Source: Methanobacteriota archaeon
Lineage (GTDB): Archaea > Thermoplasmatota > Thermoplasmata > SG8-5 > DAIRED01
Length of the DNA stretch: 64,000 bases
Assembly: GCA_043799545.1 (NCBI GenBank)
Contig: JAZDNO010000004.1
Location: 64,001-128,000, forward strand
Direction: 5' to 3'
Shown: positions 47,631-58,378 of the stretch, piece after piece
Numbering within the stretch: position 1 is the first letter of the stretch
Layout of the letters: each line of letters begins with the position of its first letter
Notes under the pieces: generated by a model
Seen by the model: the letters and a program-made list of their open reading frames with translations, nothing else
The model's database searches: none
What the model was told of the DNA's origin: nothing
Position numbers and translations under genes: made by a program

Positions 47631-50600
47631 GTGATGAAGATAAGGGGGTCATTTGTTGGGAAAAAGATATTCTGCTGGTCATTGGCAATGTTGTCAATAT
47701 CGGCCCTTTTAACCACGATATCCCATGACGCCGCAGCGATTCACGTGGACATTCCCGACCCGCCATTCGGCCAGTACCCAGCAGGGTCTATAATTTCATT
47801 CCATATGAACATCTCTTTTGAAAGCGGAGAGATGGTTCCGATACAATCCCTGTCGGTGGTCCTCTCCGGGCCAACGGCAGCGACCAAGACGTTTGGCATC
47901 TCCGGCAACTTGACTTCAGGGCCAACGTGGATGACCGTCAGCCCTTTGTATGTTTCATCGACCGAAAGCTACGGGGAACTCCACGGATACGACTACAGAT
48001 ACTGGAATGGCTATGGGTATGGATACGATTTCACATACGGGTACGGTTACGGCACATGGTTGAGTGCCTCGTATGAAATTATAATCGACACCTCAACTCT
48101 CGCTCCGGGAAGCTACAGCGCAGTGGGTCGCGTGAATACGGGCAATCCAATTCATCAGTACTATGAGTCGAACGTTGGCTACTTCAACCTTGGAACGGTT
48201 TCGATAGCAGGATGCGTGCACAACGTCGACACCGGCGAGGATTTCGACACAATCCAGGCCGCGATAGACGACATCGACACACTCGACGGGCACACCATCG
48301 AGGCCGAGGCGGGCATTTACAGGGAGAACGTGATTGTCTGCAAATCCGTTCGACTGGTGGGTGCCAGCGCAAACGGCACGGTGATAGACGGCGGCTTGGG
48401 CAACGGAATCGAGGTTTACGCGAACGGAACATCAGTCAGCGGCTTCACGATTGCGAATTGCAGCTACGGACCCAATCAGACTGGCATTCTCGTCCGAGCG
48501 AACAACGTGGACATCCACGATAACACAATCGCAGGCAATGCGAGGGGAATCGCAATCGGCGTTCCGTCGACTGGGGGCACAACCAGCGTGATAGACACAA
48601 CGGCAGATTTCGATGCGGGAACCAAAAGCAATTCCTCAGAAAACTATGAGGTGGAGACAAGTACTGATAACTTGGCAATACAGGGTGGGACGTTGTCCTT
48701 GGGCAATCATTTCGGAGATTCCTTTACCACTCCAAGCTCGGATGCGATCACTTGGAAATGGGACAAGGCGAATCCCGATGGAATAATACGCACCACTGTC
48801 AGGACTGAAAATATTATTGCCCAGGCGCTCCACCTGTATTCAAAAAATACTGGGGTCAGGGGTGGTACAAACGTCAATTTGAACCAGCAATTGACAGGCG
48901 ACATCGACATAAGGATTCGTGTAAACGGAATTAATGCTATGGCGGTTAACGCGAACGAATATGTCTCGATTAAGCTGTGGCAAAGTCCCACTAATTATGC
49001 GCATATGACTTACGGATACGATACCTCAAATTATATGCAGGCTCTTACAGTGGTAAATGGCGTGATGAATTTTACAAATTATCATGATGGTTCTGATGTT
49101 GACCGGCTCTTCCGGATTGTAAGAAATGGGACGAAGATTACGACATATTATAAAATGGATGCAACCGCTGACATCACTACCGATACAGGTTGGACTCAAG
49201 CCCGCCAGGATCCTGTTGGAACTGCAACTGGCCCCATGTGGGTGTCATTTGTCACATACACCGCAAATATATTAAACTCGGAAGCCGAGGGATACTTCTA
49301 TGACTTATTTATAAAACAGGGAACGATTGCCGACAGCTTCAGGACAAACGGGACTTGGACTTCCGCCGCGCAAAGCGTGCCGCCTTCGGAGGCACTTGAT
49401 TCGACGACGATCAATTACTCGGGTGCCAGTAGCCAAAACTGCATAGATCGAGTCGAGTGGTCGATGAATGGCACAGTGATGGCATCGTATGACACAGATA
49501 TAACGTCAGGGAACAGTATTACTATTTGGGAGTCCGACCTCACCACAGGTTCTTTCTTAAACATTAATGGAGCGTACAATGTAAGACTTTTTTTGGTCGG
49601 AGACGGTAGCGGGTCCGTGATAGTGGATAAACTCCTCATAAACATGATCCCTCAAAGTCCAGTCAGCGTGATAGACACAACGGCAGATTTCGATGCCGGA
49701 ATCAAGAGCAGCTCCCTGGAGAACTATGAAATCGAAACAAGGACTGACAACCTGGCGATACACGATGGAACATTGTCCTTGGGCAGTCATTTCGGCGACT
49801 CGTTCACATGCCCTAGCGCGGACGCACTCACTTGGAAGTGGGAACGGATAGTTCCCGACGGCATGATATCCGCAACGGTGAGGACCAAGGAAATTACCGC
49901 TGGGACGCTCCACCTCTATGCAAAGAACACCGGTGTAAGAGGAGGGGAGCAGGTCAATCTGAACCAGCAAATTACTGGCAACTTCGACATCCGAGTTCAC
50001 ATGCGAGGGACGAGCGCAGCGGTTGTCAACCAGAACGAATACATCTGCCTGAGGATGTGGCAAAATTCGAACAACGGGGCTTTGATACAGTTCGGATACG
50101 ATACAGCGAATTATATCCAGACGCAACTAAACGTGAACGGGGTTGCAGACATAGACACCCGACGCGACGGATTGGATGTGGACCGGCTCGTCAGAATAGT
50201 GAGGGACGGGTCGAACATCGCCGCTTATTACAAGCTCGATGGAGGGGCGGACATCACTTCCGACACGGGTTGGACTCTGACCTGCCAGAAGGCAGTCGGC
50301 ACGGCGACCGGTCCGATGTCGGCGATATTGTACGTTTACACGTCGCAATTTTTCAATTCGGAAATCGACGGATATTTCGACGACGTGTATGTGAAACAGG
50401 GAACGATTGCCGACAGCTTCAGGACAAACGGAACTTGGACTTCCGCCGAACAAACCGTACCCCTTACGGACGCATTTGATTCGACGACAATTAATTACTC
50501 GGGTGCAAGCCCGCAGAACTGCATCGACCGTGTGGAGTGGCTGGTCAACGGCACAGTGATGGCATCGTACGACACCGATGTGACGTCAGGCAACAGCATC

Positions 50601-51830
50601 ACGATTTCGGAATCCGACCTCTCGACGGGATCCTATTCGGGCATCAATGGAGCGTACAACGTCCGGTTCTGCCTGGTTGGAGACGGCAGCGGGTCCGCAA
50701 TAGTGGATAAAATCGAACTCGAAACCCATGCGACGGGCCCGTATTGCTACAACAACACAATTTTCCACAACAATTTCATAGCGAATGGCATTCAGGCATT
50801 GGACTATTCTGCGGGCAACGCGTGGGACGATGGGTATCCGTCCGGGGGCAATTACTGGAGCGACTACAACGGCACGGATGTTTATTCCGGGCCGAGCCAG
50901 AACATCTCCGGGAGCGACGGCATTGGCGATACGCCATACACGAACATACAAGGTGGCGCGGGCGCGCTTGACAACTATCCCCTGATGGAGCCCTTGCCTC
51001 CCGAACCCGTCCCCGACACCTCGCCTCCAATCCATTTCGACGAGACTCCCCAGCCGGGCGGCGCCTCGACGAACCTGACCCCCGTCATCTCCGTGCACGT
51101 CGCCGACCCGTCCGGCGTGGACCTGGCAACCATCAGGCTGTACGTGGACGGCTTCTGCATCTTTTACGAAGCTGTTCCTACCGTCGACGGCTTCATAGTT
51201 TCGTACTGGCACGAGATGGGTTTCGCTTTCGGAGCAAACGTCACATGCATGATTGTGGCGTCGGACACCCTGGGAAACGCCATGGAATACACGTGGCAAT
51301 TCACCGCGTCATCGGGCCAAGCAATCCCCGTCGCGCTCGGATGGAACCTGATTTCGATACCCGTGACCCAGAACTCGACGTCTCTGCCAGGCTGCCTCGC
51401 CGACCTCTTGGGCGATACGTTGTGGGACCGGGTCATGTGGTACGATTCATCCGACATTTCGGACCATTGGAAGCAGTACAACGCGAACTGGCCGTCCTCC
51501 ATGAACGACCTTTACAACATCGACCCTTCGATGGGCGTCTGGATAAACGTGACCGTTCCGGGCGACGGGCTGATCACGATATGCGGGACGCCGCCAACAG
51601 CCACAATCGTACATCTCCGTGCGGGCTGGAACATGGTCGGTTACCCCAGCCTGAACAGCAACGTCACAGTAGCCATGGCCTTCTGGGGGACGACCGTGAG
51701 CATAGTCGAGGCCTTCGACCCGGGCGCGCCGTACCGCACGCGCGCCGTAGGCTCGAAGTACGTGATGAATCCATACGAGGGCTACTGGGTGTACGCAGTG
51801 GCGGATTCTGTGTGGGCTGTGGACTGGTGA
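47631..51830 (+). CDS. Large secreted protein: NosD-like beta-helix interrupted by two tandem ~360-aa modules, C-terminal GWN domains
   Basis: Signal peptide, YG-rich patch, IQAAID...AEAGIYRENV, GGNYWSDY, LGWNLISIP / AGWNMVGYP. Confidence 0.85.
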   Translation: MMKIRGSFVGKKIFCWSLAMLSISALLTTISHDAAAIHVDIPDPPFGQYPAGSIISFHMNISFESGEMVPIQSLSVVLSGPTAATKTFGISGNLTSGPTWMTVSPLYVSSTESYGELHGYDYRYWNGYGYGYDFTYGYGYGTWLSASYEIIIDTSTLAPGSYSAVGRVNTGNPIHQYYESNVGYFNLGTVSIAGCVHNVDTGEDFDTIQAAIDDIDTLDGHTIEAEAGIYRENVIVCKSVRLVGASANGTVIDGGLGNGIEVYANGTSVSGFTIANCSYGPNQTGILVRANNVDIHDNTIAGNARGIAIGVPSTGGTTSVIDTTADFDAGTKSNSSENYEVETSTDNLAIQGGTLSLGNHFGDSFTTPSSDAITWKWDKANPDGIIRTTVRTENIIAQALHLYSKNTGVRGGTNVNLNQQLTGDIDIRIRVNGINAMAVNANEYVSIKLWQSPTNYAHMTYGYDTSNYMQALTVVNGVMNFTNYHDGSDVDRLFRIVRNGTKITTYYKMDATADITTDTGWTQARQDPVGTATGPMWVSFVTYTANILNSEAEGYFYDLFIKQGTIADSFRTNGTWTSAAQSVPPSEALDSTTINYSGASSQNCIDRVEWSMNGTVMASYDTDITSGNSITIWESDLTTGSFLNINGAYNVRLFLVGDGSGSVIVDKLLINMIPQSPVSVIDTTADFDAGIKSSSLENYEIETRTDNLAIHDGTLSLGSHFGDSFTCPSADALTWKWERIVPDGMISATVRTKEITAGTLHLYAKNTGVRGGEQVNLNQQITGNFDIRVHMRGTSAAVVNQNEYICLRMWQNSNNGALIQFGYDTANYIQTQLNVNGVADIDTRRDGLDVDRLVRIVRDGSNIAAYYKLDGGADITSDTGWTLTCQKAVGTATGPMSAILYVYTSQFFNSEIDGYFDDVYVKQGTIADSFRTNGTWTSAEQTVPLTDAFDSTTINYSGASPQNCIDRVEWLVNGTVMASYDTDVTSGNSITISESDLSTGSYSGINGAYNVRFCLVGDGSGSAIVDKIELETHATGPYCYNNTIFHNNFIANGIQALDYSAGNAWDDGYPSGGNYWSDYNGTDVYSGPSQNISGSDGIGDTPYTNIQGGAGALDNYPLMEPLPPEPVPDTSPPIHFDETPQPGGASTNLTPVISVHVADPSGVDLATIRLYVDGFCIFYEAVPTVDGFIVSYWHEMGFAFGANVTCMIVASDTLGNAMEYTWQFTASSGQAIPVALGWNLISIPVTQNSTSLPGCLADLLGDTLWDRVMWYDSSDISDHWKQYNANWPSSMNDLYNIDPSMGVWINVTVPGDGLITICGTPPTATIVHLRAGWNMVGYPSLNSNVTVAMAFWGTTVSIVEAFDPGAPYRTRAVGSKYVMNPYEGYWVYAVADSVWAVDW
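48585..50730 (+). repeat. Intragenic tandem duplication, period 1080 nt (360 aa)
   Basis: CAGCGTGATAGACACAACGGCAGATTTCGATGC recurs, with ATAGACACAA at 48591 and 49671; both peptides begin SVIDTTADFDAG and end GDGSGS.IVDK. Confidence 0.9.
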
Positions 51831-51867
51831 GCGCAACCCCTATCTACCACGAAACCCATCCACCATC

Positions 51868-52602
51868 GTGCTAGAGATTGCCCTGTACGATTTGCTGGCA
51901 ACAGCAGCCATCTGCGCGGCGCTGGCCGGGCTCGCCTACTGGCGCGACCTGCTGACCCTGGCGGGCTCCGCCGGCGCCTTCGCCATGGGTTTAGTCATTG
52001 GCGTTTTCGGTGGCGTCGAGTGGGTTCTGGTACTATTGGTATTCCTCGTATCCAGCTTCGCCGCCACGCGCTACGGCTTTGAGGCGAAGCGCGCGATGGG
52101 CCAGCAGGAGGGAAGGAGGGGCGAGCGCGGCCTGGTCAACGTTGCCGCCAACGGTTTCGTCGCATGCCTTGCGGCGGCGGCGTATCCGTGGGTCGGCGAA
52201 CCCGCTGCGGTGCTCTTCCTCGTTGCGGTCGCTTCGGCGGCATCGGACACTCTTGCTTCCGAGCTGGGGGTGCTCTCCCCGAATGCCTACTTGATAACCA
52301 ATGGCAGGAGGGTCGCGCCCGGCACGAACGGGGGGGTCTCGCTCGGCGGCACCGCCTGGGCGCTCGTCGCCGCGGCCTATGTTTCGCTAGTCGGGGCGGC
52401 GTTCTTGGGGTGGGCAGGCGCGATGGCGTGGACGCCGCTCAACGTCGCGCTGCCGGTGCTGGCCGGCTTCCTGGGATGCAACGTGGACAGCGTGCTGGGA
52501 GCCACGCTGGAGACTCGGGGCTACCTGACGAAGCTAACAAATAACCTTGCGTCTATAGCCCTAGCGACCGCGCTAGCGGCGGTGGTGATGTTCCTTGCCT
52601 GA
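51868..52602 (+). CDS. DUF92/TMEM19-family membrane protein
   Basis: RGLVNVAANG, SDTLASELG, VAPGTNGGVS, DSVLGATLE. Confidence 0.9.
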   Translation: MLEIALYDLLATAAICAALAGLAYWRDLLTLAGSAGAFAMGLVIGVFGGVEWVLVLLVFLVSSFAATRYGFEAKRAMGQQEGRRGERGLVNVAANGFVACLAAAAYPWVGEPAAVLFLVAVASAASDTLASELGVLSPNAYLITNGRRVAPGTNGGVSLGGTAWALVAAAYVSLVGAAFLGWAGAMAWTPLNVALPVLAGFLGCNVDSVLGATLETRGYLTKLTNNLASIALATALAAVVMFLA

Positions 52603-53791
52603 ACACGGGAAGATGATGATGGTGATATGCGACGGGATGGGCGACAGGCCGTGCGTTGAACTCGGGGGGATGACGCCTCTCCAGAGGGCCGAGGCTCCGT
52701 TCATGGACAGCCTGGCCAGAAAAGGGATGTCCGGCCTCATGCACACCGTAGGCGTCGGGCGCGTGCCCGGAAGCGACACGGCGCATCTCGCGCTTCTGGG
52801 ATACGACCCCGAGACCACATACACCGGCCGCGGCCCGTTCGAGGCCATGGGCGCCGGCGTCGAGGTGAAGCCAGGCGACGTGGCTTTCAGGTGCAACTTC
52901 GCCACCGTCGAGAACGGGATTGTGAAGGACCGCCGCGCAGGTCGCATACGAGAAGGCACGGAGAAGCTGGCCGCGGCTCTCGACGGCATGAAGCTAGGCG
53001 GGGCCGAAGTCATTTTCAGGGCCGGCGTGGAGCACCGCGCGATACTCCTCCTGAGAGGCGCTGGCCTCAGCTCGAAAATCACGGACACCGACCCGCACGC
53101 CGAAGGGGTGGCGATACTGGCTTCAAAGGCGACCTCGAAGGAGGGGGAGAAGACCGCCAAGGCGCTGAACGAGTTCACGAAGCGCTCGATCGATGCCCTG
53201 GCGAAGTTCGACAGCCCCGCGAACGCCGTTCTCGTCCGGGGCGGCGGGCTCGTGCCGCACGTCCAGAAGTTCTCGGAGCGCTACAACATGAAGGGATCCG
53301 CAGTCGTCGGTATCACCCTCGTCAAGGGGATATGCAACTTCGCAGGCCTGGACGCCGTGAACGTCAAGGGGGCGACGGGCAGCGTCGACACGGATTACGA
53401 CGCCAAGGCGATGGCTGCCGCCAAGGCGCTCGACGGCCACGATTTCGTGCTCCTCCATTACAAGGCTCCGGACATCTACGGCCACGATGCAAACCCGCAG
53501 GGCAAGGTCGATGTCATTGAGAGGATAGATTCCGCGCTGGGCAAGGCTTTCAAAGGACGGGACGACGCCGTGATTGCGCTCACGGCTGACCACTCCACCC
53601 CATGCTCGGCGAAGGACCACACGGCTGACCCGGTTCCTCTCGTAATCTCAGCGCCCTGGCTAAGGAAGGACAGGGTCGAGTGCTTCGACGAAATATCGGC
53701 CGCGGAGGGAGCGCTCGGAAACATCCAGGGCAAGGATTTGCTCGCGATGATGATGGGTTACGCCAACAGGGCCGAGAAGTTCGGAGCTTGA
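52595..53791 (+). CDS. apgM: 2,3-bisphosphoglycerate-independent phosphoglycerate mutase (archaeal type)
   Basis: CDGMGD, TPLQRA, PGSDTAHL, YTGRGPFEA, KAPDIYGHD, TADHSTP, HTADPVP. Confidence 0.95.
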   Translation: MPEHGKMMMVICDGMGDRPCVELGGMTPLQRAEAPFMDSLARKGMSGLMHTVGVGRVPGSDTAHLALLGYDPETTYTGRGPFEAMGAGVEVKPGDVAFRCNFATVENGIVKDRRAGRIREGTEKLAAALDGMKLGGAEVIFRAGVEHRAILLLRGAGLSSKITDTDPHAEGVAILASKATSKEGEKTAKALNEFTKRSIDALAKFDSPANAVLVRGGGLVPHVQKFSERYNMKGSAVVGITLVKGICNFAGLDAVNVKGATGSVDTDYDAKAMAAAKALDGHDFVLLHYKAPDIYGHDANPQGKVDVIERIDSALGKAFKGRDDAVIALTADHSTPCSAKDHTADPVPLVISAPWLRKDRVECFDEISAAEGALGNIQGKDLLAMMMGYANRAEKFGA

Positions 53792-53834
53792 GCAAGGCTG
53801 GGAAAGAAACCGATGGTTTACCGCCGGATGGGGC

Positions 53835-54281
53835 CTACTTCTCCTCTTCGGGCTCTTCCTCGGGCTTCCCGCGGTTGCGCCAGATGTCGTCGGTGACGTC
53901 CTGGTAGACCATACCGGGGTCTTCCAGCGCCACTCGCTCCTTCTCCCTCGCGGTCTTGACCAGCTCGAGAATCTTGTCCTTGCGGAAAAGCCAGTAGTGG
54001 ATGCGCCACTCGCGGCCGTCATAGAGCGTCGTCTCCTCGCGCTCGGTTGTGAGCAGGCCGGAGTCCTCCAGCATGTAGAACGCGTCGCGGTCCTCCGGCT
54101 CCAGGATGTTGTCTATGATGCGCTCGCTGTATCCGAAAAAGTTGAGGACGTGCTGCGCCATCGAGCGGGCCTCTTCGTCCTTCATGCCCTCGCGGTCGAT
54201 GCTGTTCCTGATGGCTCTGGTAAGGTCGTCCACAGTCAGGGTGCTCACGTACCCCTTCCTGGTCTTTGTCATTATGTTCAT
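53835..54281 (-). CDS. DUF6015-like protein (Thermoplasmata)
   Basis: VLNFFGYSERIIDNILEPEDRDAFYMLEDSGLL...REWRIHYW. Confidence 0.75.
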   Translation of the reverse strand: MNIMTKTRKGYVSTLTVDDLTRAIRNSIDREGMKDEEARSMAQHVLNFFGYSERIIDNILEPEDRDAFYMLEDSGLLTTEREETTLYDGREWRIHYWLFRKDKILELVKTAREKERVALEDPGMVYQDVTDDIWRNRGKPEEEPEEEK

Positions 54282-54430
54282 TCGCGTGCCCCCCCGGGGT
54301 GCTAGCCCACTAACTGTGATAGATATTAGAAAATGGGGTTATAAATATGTTTCGTGACATAGTATATCAATGCGGGGGGGTCGCCGGGCGGCGGCGAAAA
54401 CGGGCGCACCGCAAACCTTTATCACCACAT

Positions 54431-55624
54431 ATGGCAATCCTCGCCCCGATGTTCGAATCGTACCAGTCGCGCATCATCAAGGATTCGTCGAAGCTCTCGT
54501 TCGACTACGTCCCAGACAAGCTTGCTCACCGGGACGAGCAGATGCGCCGCCTCTTCTCTCTTTTCAGGCCAGTCCTCGACGGCGTGGGCGCCAACGCCTT
54601 CCTCGTGGGGAGCGTGGGCACGGGCAAGACAGCACTTTCCAAGCGTTTCTGCCTCGATTTCAAGGCCCACTGCGCGGCCAAAGGCAAGGCGCTGGACCAC
54701 GTCCTCGTGAACTGCAGGCAGCGCGGGACGGACTCCGCGGCGCTGCTGAGAATCGTGCAGCACTTCCAGCCCCATTTCCCGGACAGGGGCTTCTCAACCG
54801 CGGAGATGCTGGACATCCTGCGCAAGGACCTGGACAGGTCCGGCGCGCACCTCGTGGTCATACTGGACGAGGTGGACGTCCTGCTGAAGAGGAGCGGCTC
54901 GGACCTCGTCTACTCTCTGGCGCGGTTCGACGACGAGCGCGCGGTGCCCAAAGGCCGCGTCTCGATAATCATGATATCCCAGAAGTGGGCGCTCGACCTG
55001 CTGGACCCGGCGGCGCTGTCGACGTTCAAGCGCGGCAACGCGGTGGAGCTGGGCAAGTACGGCGCCTCGGAGCTGGCGGACATCGTCAGGGAAAGGGCGA
55101 AGCTGGCGATGCACCCCGGCGTCGTGGACGACGATGCGATGGCACTCATAGGCGACATCGCGTCCGAGTGGGGAGACGCGCGCTTCGCAATCGAGCTTCT
55201 GGACAAGGCGGGGATGCTGGCCGAGGAGGCCGGGGCCGAGCTTGTGGTCGCAGAGCACGTCCGCGCGGCCAAGGCCGAGACCAACCCTGTCGTCACGGAG
55301 GACAAGCTCGCGGAGCTGGACAGGGGGAAGGCGCTCGCATTGCTGGGAGTGGCCCGAAGCCTCAGGAGGGCGACGTACGCCGCCACTGGGGAGATTGAGA
55401 AGAACTATGCCGTCGCGTGCGAGGAGTTCGGAGAGAGGCCCCGCGCGCACACGCAGTTCTGGGGCTACCTGAAGGAGCTGGACTCCCTGGGTTTCGTGGA
55501 GGCGAAGGTTTCCGGCGCGGGCACGGCCGGCCGCACGACGATGGTCTCCCTGCCAGATGTTCCCGCCAAGGTGCTGGAGGCCCGCCTGGTTGACATTTTA
55601 ACAAAAGGGCATGGGAAAAAATAA
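54431..55624 (+). CDS. cdc6: Orc1/Cdc6 replication initiator
   Basis: LSFDYVPDKLAHRDEQ, GSVGTGKT, VNC, VILDEVD, GDARFAIELL, C-terminal wHTH; start 54431 or 54449. Confidence 0.93.
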   Translation: MAILAPMFESYQSRIIKDSSKLSFDYVPDKLAHRDEQMRRLFSLFRPVLDGVGANAFLVGSVGTGKTALSKRFCLDFKAHCAAKGKALDHVLVNCRQRGTDSAALLRIVQHFQPHFPDRGFSTAEMLDILRKDLDRSGAHLVVILDEVDVLLKRSGSDLVYSLARFDDERAVPKGRVSIIMISQKWALDLLDPAALSTFKRGNAVELGKYGASELADIVRERAKLAMHPGVVDDDAMALIGDIASEWGDARFAIELLDKAGMLAEEAGAELVVAEHVRAAKAETNPVVTEDKLAELDRGKALALLGVARSLRRATYAATGEIEKNYAVACEEFGERPRAHTQFWGYLKELDSLGFVEAKVSGAGTAGRTTMVSLPDVPAKVLEARLVDILTKGHGKK

Positions 55625-55641
55625 TAAAGCCCCCCGGCATC

Positions 55642-56208
55642 ATGCAATTGACTCAGATGACCGAGCTTGGGAAAAACAAGCCGCACCAGATGCGCGAGGG
55701 GACTTGCTACCTCGTAAAGGAGGGGAAGCCGCTCCTCAGCTTCGCGCTTTTCGAGATGATGCTGGCGGACGGCGCGCGCGGGCTATGCATCACGCGCCAG
55801 TATCCCCAGCGCCTTAGGGAGCGGTACAAGCTTGGCGCCGCCAGGGCGCTCTGGCTGAGCCAGACCCCCGGGCCGGAGAGCCACAACCCCACGAGCATCG
55901 GCGCGCTGGCCACCGTCGTCTCCCGCTACATCGAGGAGAGCCACGACTCGGCCATCATCCTCGACGGGATAGAGTACCTGGTCGTGAACAACGGATTCGC
56001 CCAGGTCCTGAAGTTCGTAGAGCACGTGAACGAGATGGTCATGCGCTCCCGCGCAATCATGATTATACCCGTGAGCCCGGACGCATTCGACAAGAGGGAG
56101 ATGGCGCTCCTGGAGCGCAACATGGACGTCATCGAGTCGCCGCTCGTCCAGATAGGGAAGCCCCCGGCGAAGAAGGAGAACGTCGACGAGCTGCTGGACA
56201 AATACTGA
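55642..56208 (+). CDS. DUF835-domain protein
   Basis: GLCITRQYP, LWLS, NPTSI, IILDGIEYLVVNNGF, LLER. Confidence 0.88.
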   Translation: MQLTQMTELGKNKPHQMREGTCYLVKEGKPLLSFALFEMMLADGARGLCITRQYPQRLRERYKLGAARALWLSQTPGPESHNPTSIGALATVVSRYIEESHDSAIILDGIEYLVVNNGFAQVLKFVEHVNEMVMRSRAIMIIPVSPDAFDKREMALLERNMDVIESPLVQIGKPPAKKENVDELLDKY

Positions 56209-56229
56209 AAAGGTTTTTTCGAAGGGAGG

Positions 56230-58194
56230 TTACGGCAGGTCGACGCTGCAGAGCTCGGAGAAGTCCGCCAGCGACGTTCCCTTGAGCATCATGTTCGAGA
56301 CCGTGTACATCGTGTCGCCGATGTAGAACGAGCGCCTGACCGGGTTGTAAGCGTTGTACTGGTGGTAACCGTAGCTGTAATCGTACTGCGTTTCGGCCTC
56401 GACGTTGTGCGATATCTTGCCCGCTATCTTTATCCCGCCTTCTGGGGTGATGTTGAAGACGTAGGCTCCGTACCACATGTCGCCGTAGCCGTAGGGGCCG
56501 TTTCCGCCCTCGTACACCTCCATTGGCACCGTGAGCTGGCTCCTCTCTGGGTCGAAGAGGAAGGCGTGAGGGTCGTAGAGCGCAGCCGACTCGGAGCCTC
56601 TGTCGCCGACGACTATCGAGTCCACCTCCTTCGGGTCGCTTGCGTCGCCGACGTCGAACAGGGCTATCTTCACTCCCTGGTACCAGGCGAAGTCGCCGTT
56701 CTCGGAATCTACCGCGTCCTTGCCTATGCCGATGATGTGGTTCTCGTCGTATGGGTGCAGGTAGGTCGAGTAGCCAGGTATCTTGAGCTCGCCCAGCACC
56801 GTCGGCTCCTCCGGGTCCGAGAGGTCAATCACGAAGAGCGGGTCCACCTGCCTGAAGGTGACCACGTAGCCGCGGTCGCCGATGAACCTGGCCGAGTATA
56901 TCCGCTCCCCGGGAGCGATGTCGTCGACCTTGCCGACGGTCTCCATGCCCATGTCCAGGACAGTCACGTGGCTCTCAGACATCCAGCCGCTCGTAGTCGC
57001 GAGCCTGAGGTGTCCGCCGTGCTCGTCCATGCAGTACCTGTTAAGGAGGCTCCCCTCCGCCTCGCCCCTGGCGGCGTAGGATATACCGTCCCCCTCGACC
57101 GAGAGCCTGTGCACCACGGTCATCTCGGAGGACGAACTTCCCCAGTAGTTGGCATTGTTGTATTCCCGCTCCGTGTATGTTATGTAGATGTTCCCCAGCG
57201 TGAAGAGGACGTTGTTTGAGCCTGCCATGACGACGTGCAGGACGCTGGGCTCCCTCTCCGGGGCTGAGAGGTTGACGACCGCGAACTCAGTGAGCCTGTA
57301 GTCCCCGCCCTCGCCGTCCACGTGGTATATCTCCGCGCACTTGGCCGGCAGGTCCGTCTCGTTCTCGATGCCGTAGAGGGAGACTTCGCCTATCAGGTAT
57401 ATCCTGTCGCCGACGACTCGGGATGTGACGTACTGGCCGTCGGTCCTGACCGTCTTGACCAGCGACGGAGCTGAGGCGTTGCTCACGTCGTAGACGCTCA
57501 CGAAGAGTATCGGCTCGTTCGAGTATGCGTAGCTCGATTTGGATATCCCGCCCTCGAAGTAGTACGCCTGCTCCACTATCACGAGCCTGTCCCCGTCGAG
57601 GTAGAGCTCGATAGCCTGCCCAGTCACGTCTATCGCGCATAGCATGCCCGCCTCGGCGGCCGGGCCGACCCTGACGACCTGCACGCTGCCACCGTCCGGC
57701 GTGATGAGGTAAGCGAACTCGCCGTCGTTCTTCAGGACGTCCCCTTCGTCGACGCCTGCGACCTGTACGTTCGTCACGGAGTAGCCGCCGTTGACCTCAC
57801 AAACCGTAGCGCCGTTCGGTTCGCCGCTTCCAGCGGCCGAATCCAACCCGCTGAAGCTGAGAGCGCCTGATGGCGCGGCTTGGTCGATGCGGTCCATCTC
57901 GTAGTACCCTCCGTTCTGGTAGTAGTAATGCGCGTTCCCTATGTATTCGCCCATCTCGTCGAACGATTCGAAAGTCTCCAGTCCAGTCGAGTTGATTGCG
58001 GCGCCGTCGAAGAGGTCTATGGACCTCGTTTCCCCTCCGGATGCCGCGCTCGCGCCGCTCGGGTAGACGGGCACGTACACAGGATAGTACTGCATCCTCG
58101 CATCTTCATGGCTCAATGCCACCATCATCGCCGACAGGGACACGCACACCGCAATGACGACGGCTACCGGTCCGACCGCTCCCTTTCCCCACAT
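56230..58194 (-). CDS. Secreted beta-propeller-domain protein (Beta_propel family)
   Basis: YSVTNVQVAGVDEGDVLKNDG, NRYCMDE...LRLATT, ERIYSARF, VTFRQVDPLFVIDLS, GELKIPGYSTYLHP. Confidence 0.9.
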   Translation of the reverse strand: MWGKGAVGPVAVVIAVCVSLSAMMVALSHEDARMQYYPVYVPVYPSGASAASGGETRSIDLFDGAAINSTGLETFESFDEMGEYIGNAHYYYQNGGYYEMDRIDQAAPSGALSFSGLDSAAGSGEPNGATVCEVNGGYSVTNVQVAGVDEGDVLKNDGEFAYLITPDGGSVQVVRVGPAAEAGMLCAIDVTGQAIELYLDGDRLVIVEQAYYFEGGISKSSYAYSNEPILFVSVYDVSNASAPSLVKTVRTDGQYVTSRVVGDRIYLIGEVSLYGIENETDLPAKCAEIYHVDGEGGDYRLTEFAVVNLSAPEREPSVLHVVMAGSNNVLFTLGNIYITYTEREYNNANYWGSSSSEMTVVHRLSVEGDGISYAARGEAEGSLLNRYCMDEHGGHLRLATTSGWMSESHVTVLDMGMETVGKVDDIAPGERIYSARFIGDRGYVVTFRQVDPLFVIDLSDPEEPTVLGELKIPGYSTYLHPYDENHIIGIGKDAVDSENGDFAWYQGVKIALFDVGDASDPKEVDSIVVGDRGSESAALYDPHAFLFDPERSQLTVPMEVYEGGNGPYGYGDMWYGAYVFNITPEGGIKIAGKISHNVEAETQYDYSYGYHQYNAYNPVRRSFYIGDTMYTVSNMMLKGTSLADFSELCSVDLP

Positions 58195-58378
58195 TTTTCA
58201 TCACCCCGTGCGAGCCGTCCGGCCGGGTATAAGCCCTGATTGGTCGGGTCTTTTGTGTGTTATTTCAACCTTTTGGTGTGGGGCTTTGTGACTCCGCACG
58301 CTCTCGCACATGGTTACGTCTATTCCCGCCGGGGTATATCCCTAGTTTGGCGCAAACCTGCAATCGTTGGCGCAATCC

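Noticed and set aside
48585-50730. Diversity-generating retroelement TR/VR pair
   Set aside because: Differences are mostly synonymous and not adenine-specific, both copies are in frame in one gene, and there is no reverse transcriptase.
54282-54430. Replication origin next to cdc6
   Set aside because: Short intergenic region with TATA-like boxes but no recognisable ORB repeats or DUE.
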